A DNA stretch of 64,000 bases from an uncultured Verrucomicrobiae bacterium (GCA_963764165.1 CAVXRD010000002.1:3200001-3264000), one strand, 5' to 3'. Shown: positions 31,567-41,292, counted from the stretch's first letter. Notes: a model not told the origin generated them from the sequence alone. Program-made: numbers and translations.

Positions 31567-31899
31567 CTAAGCGAAGAGGACGGGAGGAGCGCGGCCGGGC
31601 AGGAGTAAATAGTCGCGCGAAACGAAGATTGCATGTTGGAAAGCATTTTCAGCCGCAAAGGCAAGAAAGATCGGAATCGCGGCAACAGGGCTTCCATCCG
31701 TTAAATTAACTTTTCCGTGCGCGAATGCGGTGACAGCGCAATCGTGATGCGCGTTGTCGGCGTCCGAATGAATGAGTCGATGAAGGCCAGGATCGCTCGC
31801 CAGCGCCCCACAGAATAAAATTCCAAGCACCAGCGCGGCCGTTAGCCACCGGCCAATCAGGCCATCCGTCCGAAAAAGGTGTTTCGCGTCTAATTGCAA
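31567..31899 (-). CDS. His-rich leader peptide copy 2 with C-terminal RAPP arrest motif (DUF2946/CruR-like architecture)
   Basis: TM helix plus LHRLIHSDADNAHHDCAVTAFAHG...DYLLLPGRAPPVLFA*. Confidence 0.8.
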   Translation of the reverse strand: MQLDAKHLFRTDGLIGRWLTAALVLGILFCGALASDPGLHRLIHSDADNAHHDCAVTAFAHGKVNLTDGSPVAAIPIFLAFAAENAFQHAIFVSRDYLLLPGRAPPVLFA

Positions 31900-31913
31900 C
31901 TGATTTGCAATTA
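31891..31913. promoter_or_regulatory. Perfect palindrome TAATTGCAA-N5-TTGCAATTA (candidate Fur/Zur-family operator)
   Basis: 9-bp arms; overlaps the start of leader copy 2. Confidence 0.65.
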
Positions 31914-31988
31914 AACATGGAAGGCCTTTTCACGCAAGCCATTTATCGCGTTTCAACAAGCGCCCCGCAAGTTCAGGCGGGAGGGCAG

Positions 31989-32772
31989 CTAAAAGGGCGC
32001 GATGACTTTTTCTCCGTCCATGCGATAAATCCCAGCCAAACAGCCATTTTCCTCAATCGGGCCGACGTGCAACACCCCGGCCACGGTGATGGGTTGATCC
32101 ATCACAGGTTTGACTCCCTTCCCGTTGAGTTCAACGGTAATCCACTCGTTGACTTTGGGAGGCACGCCATAGCAGCACATGGATTGATTGCGCATGAGCA
32201 AAAATTCGACCGCCAGGCTCCCATTCATTCGGTACTGGCAGGAGAAATCCCCGGATGACGACCTTTTTATCGCTGAGGGCCGACACTTTCGCCGGGATCT
32301 GCGCATTTGCTTGCCTGTAGAGGGCCGCCGGGTCACCGGTTCCATCCGTCATCCCTTTGGTCATCACAAAACCGAAGCAGGCCAGGGTGTCAAAGGTCAC
32401 ATCCATGTATCCCGGAACTTCCTGCACAGCGCTGGAAAGGCTGCTCACCGAAGGCAAATTTGTCTTGGCGAGATCGGCAGCCGATCCCTTCGTTCCCGAT
32501 GGCATGGGGCCGGTCCAGTCGTTGGTCTGCGTCGACTCGATGAACTCGACCGCCACCATCCTTCTTTGGGTCGATGCGGGCTTTGGATGTTTTCGTTTCG
32601 TTTGATTATCGGCGGCCTTATTGGATGGCGAAACGTTTTCATCAACAACGGGTGATTCAATCGGCTCGCCGCGAATTACTGATGCAGAGGCAGTTTCGGG
32701 CGACTGCGGATTCCTCCCGCAGGATGTCACGGCGATCAGAGCCAGCACGGGCCAAAAATTGCGAAACGTCAT
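31989..32772 (-). pseudogene. DUF3299-family lipoprotein, frameshifted near 32232
   Basis: Lipobox VTSC, KVVIRGFLLPV, then shifted frame EFLLMRNQSMCCYGVPPKVNEWI..GVLHVG..GIYRMDG. Confidence 0.75.
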
Positions 32773-32947
32773 CAACATCTCAGCAGTTTGACTATGCATT
32801 CGCAACGGGTATTCACCTGGCCCTCACGGGCACAAGTTCCTCAAGACAGGCTCTACCGGGGGCTCTCGATCACCGTGCCGGGGACCGTCTGCCAATTGCG
32901 AAGGAACTAATGGACCTGGCGGAGGATGGCGCAGCGGCTGCCTTTAA

Positions 32948-32986
32948 TGGAAATGATTTGCATTTCTTTATTGCAAACGGTTTGCG
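32948..32986. promoter_or_regulatory. Tandem imperfect TGCAA-N5-TTGCA boxes in a divergent promoter region
   Basis: TGGAAatgatTTGCA (32948) and TGCAAacggtTTGCG (32972), between the DUF3299 and COG0523 genes. Confidence 0.55.
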
Positions 32987-33183
32987 TTTATGAGAATCGT
33001 TGGCGCGTGAATTTGACTCGCGTTTCATTTTTGCAGGCACTGGTGGCATTCAGCGCTTTCCATGCCGGCTTTTTTGGCCCCGTCGCGGTGGGACACCGGA
33101 GGCGGGTGCTCTTGGGATTTGAGCTTGCCTGCCTGCGGCGCAACCGAAGGCAATTCATCGACGCTTAAGCGGAAAAAACCAAT

Positions 33184-34239
33184 TTGAATTCTGTGTCAAC
33201 ATCCAAGGGAATCGTGCCGACGAGGATTCTAGTGCTTTTGACCGGCTTTCTCGGCGCTGGCAAGACCACTTTTCTGAAGAATTTGACCGTCGAATTGCAG
33301 CGCCGCGGGCTTTTGCCGCATGTCATTTTGAACGATTACGAAAACGCAAGTGTGGACGCGACTTCTGTCCGGCAGGTTACCCGCGATGTGAAAACCGTTG
33401 GCGGCACTTGCGTCTGCTGCGAATCGCGGGATGCGCTTTTTGACAGTTTGGAAGGGCAGCCTGCCGGGATGCGTGACGTCGTCCTGGTGGAAACCAACGG
33501 CACCACCGATCCGCTGGCCTTGTTGGATAATCTGGCGTGTGACCCGCGCACCCGTTCTTTTCGCGTGAAGCAAATCGCGCTGGCCAATGCGCAACGCTGG
33601 GGCAAACGGAGGAGCCACCAGTCGCTGGAACGGCAGCAAGTGCTCACGGCAAGCCATCTTTTTATTTCGTATCGCGACGTTGCGCAGCCAGGAGATTTTG
33701 AGGAAACTCTGGCCGCCATTCAGAAAATAAATCCGCGCGTGGCACTCACGGATCCAACGGCCTTTGCCGCTGAAATTGAAAGAGCGTTAAGCTGCCAGGA
33801 GACTCAAATATCGCCGACTCTGGGTCCGTCCGCCTCGAACCGCAATTCCGCGCCACCCATATTCGGATTCAAAATGATTCCGTTCGCAAAATTTTCACAT
33901 AATCAGGCGCACGCATTTTGCTCGGCGCAAGTTGACATTCCGCCGCTGGTTGAAGAAGCGGCCGTGGCTGCCTGGCTGGATTCGCTGCCGCCAGAAGTAT
34001 TGCGCGTCAAGGGTGTGACGCAACTTCCGTCAGCGCCCGGCCAGGTTTTATGTTTTCAAAAAGTCGAGGACAAGGCCCAGATGAAGCTGTTTCCGCTGCC
34101 GGAAGGTTTTGAGTGGAGTCCCAGGGCAGTGTTGATCGGCTCCTGGCTGCCGACGGAAGATTTTCAAGCTCATGCGGACACACATTTGCCCCTGGCGCTG
34201 CGAACGGGCAACGCGTTGACCTCCTTCATGCCTAACTAA
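33184..34239 (+). CDS. COG0523/CobW-family G3E metallochaperone GTPase
   Basis: LTGFLGAGKTT, GGTCVCC, VETNG..DP, C-terminal LPPEVLRVKG. Confidence 0.88.
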   Translation: MNSVSTSKGIVPTRILVLLTGFLGAGKTTFLKNLTVELQRRGLLPHVILNDYENASVDATSVRQVTRDVKTVGGTCVCCESRDALFDSLEGQPAGMRDVVLVETNGTTDPLALLDNLACDPRTRSFRVKQIALANAQRWGKRRSHQSLERQQVLTASHLFISYRDVAQPGDFEETLAAIQKINPRVALTDPTAFAAEIERALSCQETQISPTLGPSASNRNSAPPIFGFKMIPFAKFSHNQAHAFCSAQVDIPPLVEEAAVAAWLDSLPPEVLRVKGVTQLPSAPGQVLCFQKVEDKAQMKLFPLPEGFEWSPRAVLIGSWLPTEDFQAHADTHLPLALRTGNALTSFMPN

Positions 34240-34257
34240 TGATGTCCGGCGCATAAT

Positions 34258-34710
34258 TTGAACCCACTTCGACAAATCAATGTCATGATGGCTGTCTCCT
34301 GGGTCAGCTTGATCGTGTGCTTGCCGGTGTATCTTTATATCTCTCACTCGGCCTTGGGCACCGTTCTCATCGGCGACGAGAAAACCGATGCCCAAAACGT
34401 CCGCGAGATTGCGCTCAATGTCGACGTGCACGCCCTGCAGGAGCAAGCCGCCTTTCTGGTCCGGGAGGGGCACGCCAAAAGCAAATTGTCCATGTTTTTG
34501 TGCAATCTTGCGCTGATCGGGTTATTCGTCGCCATGGCTTGCTCCACCGTCGTCATCCTTCAAATTCGCAAATTAAAGAAGCATACGAATTCCGCCCAAG
34601 CCATTCCGACAGCCTGCCCTATCACGTTGCTCCAATTTGAAACGAAGCGCTCCATGAACGATGCAAGCTCGTTAAACTCAGGTGTATTGCCCGGCGCGGA
34701 ACAGAAATGA
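34258..34710 (+). CDS. Hypothetical membrane protein (2 TM)
   Basis: Two hydrophobic segments; sits between cobW and merC-like genes in the operon. Confidence 0.5.
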   Translation: MNPLRQINVMMAVSWVSLIVCLPVYLYISHSALGTVLIGDEKTDAQNVREIALNVDVHALQEQAAFLVREGHAKSKLSMFLCNLALIGLFVAMACSTVVILQIRKLKKHTNSAQAIPTACPITLLQFETKRSMNDASSLNSGVLPGAEQK

Positions 34711-35159
34711 AATTTGATGCTTCTGACTCGAGCGCCCCATCGCTGCTGAACCGCGCCGACCGAATCGGCTCAGTGCTGTCATCGGCGTGCGCGATCCATT
34801 GCATGTGCATGCCCGCGCTCATAGGTTTGCTGCCGGTGATTGGATTATCCTTTCTCGGCAGCCATAAGTTCGAGCAGCTTGCGTGCGTCTCCATGGTCTT
34901 GCTCGCCGCTGCGTGTGTATGGTCAGGCTGCCGCGTCCATCGGCGCTGGGGACTGCTCGTGCTTTTGTGCGCGGGCGCGGCGGTCGTGCTTTACACTCAG
35001 TTTGGCGGACCTTTGGAAGAAACTGAATCCCGGACCGATTGGCACGAAGCCATAGCGATGTTCGTTGGCGGCGCGCTGATTGCCACATCTCATTTGATAA
35101 ACCTTAAGTTGCGCGCCCGCTGCCACTGCGCACATTGTGAAGAGACTTTCAAACAATAA
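34707..35159 (+). CDS. MerC-domain membrane protein
   Basis: DRIGSVLSSACAIHCMCMP, four TM helices, SHLIN, C-terminal CHCAHC. Confidence 0.8.
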   Translation: MKFDASDSSAPSLLNRADRIGSVLSSACAIHCMCMPALIGLLPVIGLSFLGSHKFEQLACVSMVLLAAACVWSGCRVHRRWGLLVLLCAGAAVVLYTQFGGPLEETESRTDWHEAIAMFVGGALIATSHLINLKLRARCHCAHCEETFKQ

Positions 35160-35241
35160 AATTCGCGGGCGCGCGAAGGTGTTGAAGCGCGCATTCATTT
35201 AGATGTTCTGGGAGGCTTCCAAGCAACCCACACCCACCCCT

Positions 35242-36675
35242 TTAATGTCCGGTGTTCCAGTCCGTGAACGGGTCCCAAGGTGGCAGCAATAATGTTTTCT
35301 GCTTGCTTGCCGCCAGCAGTCCCTCCGGCACAAAGCGGCGGTCGATGATGACTTGAAAGACGTGCCGGTCAAACCAGCCGCTGTCGATGGTGAACCACCC
35401 CTTGTCGCCAGCCTTTTCCCCCCAGGAATTTTCCACCTTCCACTTGACAGGCCTGCCCTTCTGCACGTCCACCCCCGTAATGACCATGGCGTGGTCGGGA
35501 GTGCCGTCGTCGTATGCCAGCGTGTCCGACTTGCTCATCGTAAAATCCATGCCGAACAGATCCTGCTTGTCCTGGATGCCCTGGAGCCAAAGGCCCTTCT
35601 TTTTGTCGCCTTCCGCGCCGGAGTTGGCCCCAAACCAAACCGGCTGATCGGCCAGAATGGATTTGAGTGTCATGTCCACCATTTCCTCCATGGAAATATT
35701 GACTGCCTCCATATTTGTCTGGTCGGCCATGTTCCGTTCCCAAGCCCATTCCAGGTGGGCATGCAAGGGCTGGCTTGGGTAATTCACAAAGCTCGCGTAG
35801 CGGCTCAAATCGGTGTCCAGGAATTTCCGGCGGAACGATTGCGGCGTGTAGCTCTCGAGCTCGGTAACTTTGCCGTCCTTGTTTTCGTAGCGCCATTCGA
35901 AGCTTTCCGGCGGTTGTCCCAGGCAGAGCACCAGGATTTTGTAAACATCCTTTAGCGCCCCCATTTTCCAATCACGCAGATCGTGTTCCTGGGCGCCCGC
36001 GAATCTCGGCTGGCGAAGCTCAACCACCGCCTTGCGCAGGCGAGTGGACAGCAGCGCGACCATCTCGTCTGTGTGAGACGCCGCGTAGTCGTCCGGCATG
36101 ATAGATTCGGGCACCGCTCCATATTTCCCGATCAAAGCTCGCACGTAGTTCCAATTGCCGCCATCACTGATCAGGTGCTGAAGAAACGTGTCCATGCGGC
36201 GGCTGTGAATTTCCTCATGACGCAAGGCAATCGCTAGATCAAGCGAGCGGTTGGCTGATTCCAGCTTTTGATAAAATTGCTCATAAGCCTGCGAGAGCAT
36301 GAAATCCTTCATCTTCTCTTTGGCGATCACTCCCGGCCGCAGCATGTTCAACCCGGCGAACAGCCAGCAGCGCCCCGATTTGTCCTGGTCCGCGATCGAC
36401 CCGGCCTCCTTGATTTCGTGGTTGAACAGAGAGTCGGTCCGATTTTCCACGTCTGGATTGACAACAAGGGAATAGACGCTATTGCTCGCCAGCGCATCCC
36501 GGACGGCCCGCATTTGAGGTGTCATGGGAACCGCGTCTGCGAGTGTCTTCAGCATCTCGGGCGAGAGCGCCGCCGCGGCTGACGGGGCGTCCCCGGTTGC
36601 AGGTTCGTATTGCGCCAGCACGGGAATGGAGGCCAAAAATCCGCAAACCAAAAGAGACTTAACAAGTGTTTTCAT
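35242..36675 (-). CDS. pepC: Exported cysteine aminopeptidase C (bleomycin hydrolase, C1B)
   Basis: Signal peptide, DQDKSGRCWLFA, DHAM, WKVENSWG, LPPWDP. Confidence 0.9.
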   Translation of the reverse strand: MKTLVKSLLVCGFLASIPVLAQYEPATGDAPSAAAALSPEMLKTLADAVPMTPQMRAVRDALASNSVYSLVVNPDVENRTDSLFNHEIKEAGSIADQDKSGRCWLFAGLNMLRPGVIAKEKMKDFMLSQAYEQFYQKLESANRSLDLAIALRHEEIHSRRMDTFLQHLISDGGNWNYVRALIGKYGAVPESIMPDDYAASHTDEMVALLSTRLRKAVVELRQPRFAGAQEHDLRDWKMGALKDVYKILVLCLGQPPESFEWRYENKDGKVTELESYTPQSFRRKFLDTDLSRYASFVNYPSQPLHAHLEWAWERNMADQTNMEAVNISMEEMVDMTLKSILADQPVWFGANSGAEGDKKKGLWLQGIQDKQDLFGMDFTMSKSDTLAYDDGTPDHAMVITGVDVQKGRPVKWKVENSWGEKAGDKGWFTIDSGWFDRHVFQVIIDRRFVPEGLLAASKQKTLLLPPWDPFTDWNTGH

Positions 36676-36945
36676 CGCTTATCAAACGCGTCGGCAAACT
36701 TGCGCCATAGATTACTCTGTGTCAATTCTGGCCTAAAAGGCGAAGACTAACACCTTGGCATTCCGCTCCCGGTCTGCGCGCGAAGTCGCGGGCTGTCAAC
36801 AAGACGGACTTGAGGTTTGCTGTTTCAAGCGAAACGGGGCGCCCTTGGAAAAGTATCCGTAACTCCGCCTGTGCGAGGTCAATTTTTCAAAATTGAATTT
36901 ACTCGTTGCATTTCAAAGCGCGTTCTTGTTAAATGCAAATGGATT

Positions 36946-37275
36946 GTGATAGCCACGACGATTCAAGCTCTGCGAAAGCCGGTAGCGAGGTGGATATGTT
37001 CCACCATGATGCTGGTCGTTGTTGTGTTCTGCGGCATCGCTTCGAGCAGCCAATCTCTGCACCGGTTTATTCACCCCGATGCCAACTCCCCGGTTCATGA
37101 GTGCGGCATCACACTGTTCAGTCACGGCATGGTCGACGCCACGGCAGGAACGCCGGAGCTTGCGGTGCCCATCTTTCAGCAGTTCACTCTCTGCACTTTC
37201 TTTAGCGAGATCGCTTTCTACCCAGCGGACTATGTCTTGCTGCCCGGTCGCGCCCCTCCCATAGCTGCTGCCTAA
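36946..37275 (+). CDS. His-rich leader peptide copy 3 with C-terminal RAPP arrest motif
   Basis: TM helix plus LHRFIHPDANSPVHECGITLFSHG...DYVLLPGRAPPIAAA*. GTG start at 36946 is inferred and overlaps the degenerate box TGCAAatggaTTGTG. Confidence 0.8.
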   Translation: MIATTIQALRKPVARWICSTMMLVVVVFCGIASSSQSLHRFIHPDANSPVHECGITLFSHGMVDATAGTPELAVPIFQQFTLCTFFSEIAFYPADYVLLPGRAPPIAAA

Positions 37276-37428
37276 TCCCGGATTTCTCCGGGTTCATTCC
37301 GTTGGTTTCAATTCGCCATCGCGCATCGCTCTGGCCCTTTGATTCCGGTTATTCCCTGTAGATCATTTTTCGTAGAGCCGTACTTGGCTGCTCTTGAGGC
37401 AGCGGGAGCACGGCCGGGCAGCAATTAA

Positions 37429-38136
37429 ATGAAAGAATCACAAGAAACGCTCCTGCAAATAGCGGGATTGCAGAAAACGTTTGCGGCGCCTGACGGCGAA
37501 CGGCACCGCATTGTCGACATCGAGGAATTCTCTCTTGGCAATGGCGAGCAAGTAGCGCTTGCGGGAGAAAGCGGCTCGGGCAAGACGACATTTCTGCATT
37601 TGATAGCCGGGATACTAAAGCCAGACTCCGGAAGTATTCGACTGGCTGGCCGAGAGATGTCGACATTAAGCGAGGCGCAGCGAGATCGGCTTCGGGCCAC
37701 GACCATCGGTTACATATTTCAAACATTCAACTTGCTCCAAGGCTATACGTGTTTGGAAAATGTTTTGCTGGGTATGTCATTCGGACCTGGCGCGGACCGC
37801 GCCTTCGCGGCAGAACTGCTGAATCGCGTGGGTCTGGGAAATCGGCTTCGCCATTATCCCCGGCAGTTGTCCACAGGGCAGCAGCAAAGGGTCGCTGTGG
37901 CGCGAGCGCTGGCCAATCGCCCCAAACTCGCGCTGGCCGACGAACCCACGGGCAATCTCGATCACAAGAATGCGCGCGAGGCCCTGGCTCTGATCCGGGC
38001 CGTTTGCAAGGAAAATGGGGCCGCCCTTCTTTTGGTAAGCCACGACCGCGACGTCTTGAGCCAATTCGAGACCGTCAAATCACTGGAACAAATCAATCGC
38101 GCCGCACAAACGAAGGGGGGGGGACAAAAAGTATGA
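37429..38136 (+). CDS. ABC ATPase (LolD/MacB-like; Zrg-type)
   Basis: GESGSGKTT, LSTGQQQRVAVARAL, ADEPTGNLD, VSHD. Confidence 0.92.
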   Translation: MKESQETLLQIAGLQKTFAAPDGERHRIVDIEEFSLGNGEQVALAGESGSGKTTFLHLIAGILKPDSGSIRLAGREMSTLSEAQRDRLRATTIGYIFQTFNLLQGYTCLENVLLGMSFGPGADRAFAAELLNRVGLGNRLRHYPRQLSTGQQQRVAVARALANRPKLALADEPTGNLDHKNAREALALIRAVCKENGAALLLVSHDRDVLSQFETVKSLEQINRAAQTKGGGQKV

Positions 38137-39341
38137 CACTTTGGCTCATTGTTTTTCGCAGTTTGCGCCAGCACGCGCTGTCCACCTTGATTACGGCGTT
38201 CTCGATATCGCTGGCCGGAGGACTGCTCATGTCGGTATGGACGGTGAAGGACCAGGCGCGCGCCACTTTTACAGGGATTAACGGCGGTTTCGACGCCGTT
38301 TTGGGAGCGCGCGGGTCAAAATTACAGCTTGTTTTGAACTCGATATTTCATTTGGAAGCTTCGCCCGGAAACGTGACCGCGCCGGATTATTTGGACATTA
38401 AGAAAAATCCGAATGTGGCCTTGGCGATACCCATTGCCGTGGGTGACAACTACAAAGGCTATCGGCTGGTTGGGACTATACCGGAGATGTTCGAGAAAGT
38501 GGAATACGCTCCCGGCAGGCATTATGAAGTCGAACCGGGGGGGCATCTGTTTGATCCGACGCGGCGAGAAGCGGTGGCCGGAAGTTTTGTGGCGCAGAAA
38601 ATGGGCCTGAAAGTGGGTGACACATTTCATCCCTACCACGGCCTGATATTCAACGAGCGCGACCAGCACGCGGAAACATACGTGGTCGTGGGCATCTTGA
38701 AGCCATCGAATACGCCAAGCGACCGTGTGATTTGGATTCCGCTCGAAGGAATTCAAAAAATGAAGGGCCACGATCCAAAAGCTGCAACGGACGTAAGCGC
38801 GGAATTGGTGAAGCTCAAGGGCGAAGGCGCAGTCGGTTTTCGAATGGATATGATGTACAACAAGCAGGGCAATCGTTTAACTTTCGCATGGCCGATTGCC
38901 AGCACCATTGCGGAATTGTTCGATAAAATCGGATGGTTTGACAAAGTGCTGCAAATCGTAGCCTACCTAGTCGCCCTGGTTGCCACCGCGTCAATTCTAG
39001 CCAGCATCTACAATTCAATGAACGAACGTCGCCGCGAAATTGCCATTCTTCGCGCCTTGGGAGCGCGGCGGCACACGATTTTTAGCGCCATTCTGCTGGA
39101 ATCGGCCGCTATTTCTACTTTGGGAATGGCCGTGGGCTTTGTGGTTTATCTGGGCATCATGTCGGCAGCGGCCAAAATCATTCGCACGCAAACCGGCATT
39201 GTTCTGGACCCTTGGCAATTCAATACCGTGATGCTGTGGGCTCCCGCGGTTCTTATCGGCCTTGGGGCACTGGCGGGAATCGTTCCGGCCACAAAAGCGT
39301 ATCAAACCGATGTAGCCACTCACCTCGCGCCAACGTCATGA
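38133..39341 (+). CDS. FtsX/MacB-family ABC permease (Zrg-type)
   Basis: DAVLGARGSKLQLVLNSIFH, IPIAVGDNYKGYRLVGT, HPYHG, ERRREIAILRALGA. Confidence 0.88.
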   Translation: MTLWLIVFRSLRQHALSTLITAFSISLAGGLLMSVWTVKDQARATFTGINGGFDAVLGARGSKLQLVLNSIFHLEASPGNVTAPDYLDIKKNPNVALAIPIAVGDNYKGYRLVGTIPEMFEKVEYAPGRHYEVEPGGHLFDPTRREAVAGSFVAQKMGLKVGDTFHPYHGLIFNERDQHAETYVVVGILKPSNTPSDRVIWIPLEGIQKMKGHDPKAATDVSAELVKLKGEGAVGFRMDMMYNKQGNRLTFAWPIASTIAELFDKIGWFDKVLQIVAYLVALVATASILASIYNSMNERRREIAILRALGARRHTIFSAILLESAAISTLGMAVGFVVYLGIMSAAAKIIRTQTGIVLDPWQFNTVMLWAPAVLIGLGALAGIVPATKAYQTDVATHLAPTS

Positions 39342-39823
39342 AAGCGCTTTTATCCATTATTGCTTTGGGAGCCGCAGCATTCATTGCCGGGTGCGGCGAA
39401 CATAAAGAAGCGACCTCCGCCAACGCCGCGCCGCATCTGCATGTGGACGTGCCGCCTCATGGTGGGACGCCTGTGCCGCTGGAAGACGATTATCAGATCG
39501 AATTGGTCTTGGACCCGTCGCTCCGGACGCTCAATGCCTACTTTCTGGATGGCGAGATGGAGAATTTCGTGCGCATAGCCCCGCCTTCCTTTGATCTCAA
39601 AGTGACGCTGACAAATCGGCAGGAAGTTCTTCATTTCTCGGCTGTTCCCAATTCCGCCACTGGGGAAAAGGTGGGTAGCACATCGTTGTTTGAGGCCAAA
39701 GCCGACTGGTTGACAACCAATGTGACCTTTAACGCCGTTTTGCCGGAAATAAATGTGGAGGGGACTGTCTATACCAACGTTGCCTTCAATTTTCCCAAAG
39801 GGGTCGAGGAACAAACAAAATAG
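39338..39823 (+). CDS. His-containing lipoprotein (candidate periplasmic metal chaperone)
   Basis: Lipobox FIAGC, HLHVDVPPHGG. Confidence 0.7.
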   Translation: MKALLSIIALGAAAFIAGCGEHKEATSANAAPHLHVDVPPHGGTPVPLEDDYQIELVLDPSLRTLNAYFLDGEMENFVRIAPPSFDLKVTLTNRQEVLHFSAVPNSATGEKVGSTSLFEAKADWLTTNVTFNAVLPEINVEGTVYTNVAFNFPKGVEEQTK

Positions 39824-39845
39824 AAACTAACAAAAGGATATCAAA

Positions 39846-40424
39846 ATGATACGAATGCGAACTGCGATAGTTCTGGCGGCTGCAACGGCGCTCGGCGCTT
39901 GGAATGCGTCAACCGGATTGGCTCAGGCTGTCAAAGGAGAAGCGGGCCTTCCGGCGTCGAGTCAGGGTGTTTCGCCGCCAGGCTTGACCAACCCGCCGTC
40001 CGCCAAAGCTGAAAAAACGATCGACGCCGATTTTGATTTGCTCGCCGCGTTTTCCTTTGACCTGCCCGACAGTCCGATCACCAATGACGTCTTAAAGGCG
40101 AGCATCGAAAAACATATCCCGGACTCCATCAAAAAACTGGACGGCAAGATGGTTAAGGTGACTGGGTTTATGATGGCTACCAAAGAGGACGCTGGAAGGG
40201 TCACCCAGTTTTTGGTCACGCGCAACCAGCCTTCTTGCTGCTACAGCGGCGCCACCGCGCTTAACGAGTTTGTTGACGTCAAGATGGCCGGAAAAGGAGT
40301 CCATGAATCCAGGGACGAGCCAATCGCCGTTGAAGGGAAATTGCACGTTGGACTTGTCATCGACGGGGGCTATGTCTCCGGCGTGTATACCATGGAAGGA
40401 CTGAGGCTGGTGCCGGTGCAGTAA
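39846..40424 (+). CDS. DUF3299-family exported protein
   Basis: IKKLDGKMVKVTGFM, FLVTRNQPSCCY, GKLHVG, VYTME. Confidence 0.78.
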   Translation: MIRMRTAIVLAAATALGAWNASTGLAQAVKGEAGLPASSQGVSPPGLTNPPSAKAEKTIDADFDLLAAFSFDLPDSPITNDVLKASIEKHIPDSIKKLDGKMVKVTGFMMATKEDAGRVTQFLVTRNQPSCCYSGATALNEFVDVKMAGKGVHESRDEPIAVEGKLHVGLVIDGGYVSGVYTMEGLRLVPVQ

Positions 40425-40448
40425 ATTGGGTTGCGTGGAAAAGGCACG

Positions 40449-41105
40449 ATGAAAGGCCAGAGAAAAATGCGCCTGCGCCAGTTGGAGTCGCGCGAGAATT
40501 GTTTCGGCGTCGCGAAGGTAATTCTAATTGTCGCCGGTGTTTCTGCGTTTGCTTGGTGCATAGTTACAACCCCCATGCCGGTGTCTCCTGCGCGAATGGT
40601 GGCGGCCCAACGCGCCAGAACATGCACCCGTTCGGTTGGCAAGGTTTCAGAAGCGGGAAAAGAACCGAAAACCCGAGTCGTCTATCCGCCATACCTCACG
40701 GTGTCCTTTTCCGAACTCTCGTCGTATCCGTTCACAGTCACCGATATGATGACAAATTCAAACCCGGCGTCTGCGGCGGTGCTGGACCAGATTCCAGAAC
40801 GAATCCGCGGCATGTCGCGCCAAAAGGTGGCGGTCACAGGGTTCATGCTGCCAGTGCAATTAAAGGGAAACCTCGCAACAGAATTTCTAATACTGGCGAA
40901 CCGCTCCGCCTGCTGTTACGGCATTGCGCCCGACATCAATCAATGGATCATCGCCCGCGCAAAAAACGGAGGCGTCCAACCTTTGATGGATGTGCCGGTC
41001 ACGGCGTTGGGAACATTTCACGTCGGCGAGCAGCGTGAGAATGGGGAGTTGGCTGGGATATATGAACTTGACTGCGACAAAATCATCGCCGGCGATCAAT
41101 TCTAA
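40449..41105 (+). CDS. DUF3299-family membrane-anchored protein
   Basis: KVAVTGFMLPV, EFLILANRSACCYG..P.INQWI, GIYEL. Start uncertain. Confidence 0.78.
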   Translation: MKGQRKMRLRQLESRENCFGVAKVILIVAGVSAFAWCIVTTPMPVSPARMVAAQRARTCTRSVGKVSEAGKEPKTRVVYPPYLTVSFSELSSYPFTVTDMMTNSNPASAAVLDQIPERIRGMSRQKVAVTGFMLPVQLKGNLATEFLILANRSACCYGIAPDINQWIIARAKNGGVQPLMDVPVTALGTFHVGEQRENGELAGIYELDCDKIIAGDQF

Positions 41106-41292
41106 TGGCTGCCCAAACTCGAGCAAGAATCCAGTATCCGACCGCCGTCTGGTTCGAGGTCGGGTCTGCGGGACTGTTCGGAAGCCGTGGATGCGGGGGC
41201 TTCCCAACCGTCGCATCAATGAGACGCAATTCAAGCTGCCGGAAACCAAAGCTCTGCGCGTCCGCGCGAAGCGAATGAATCAGGAACCAACA

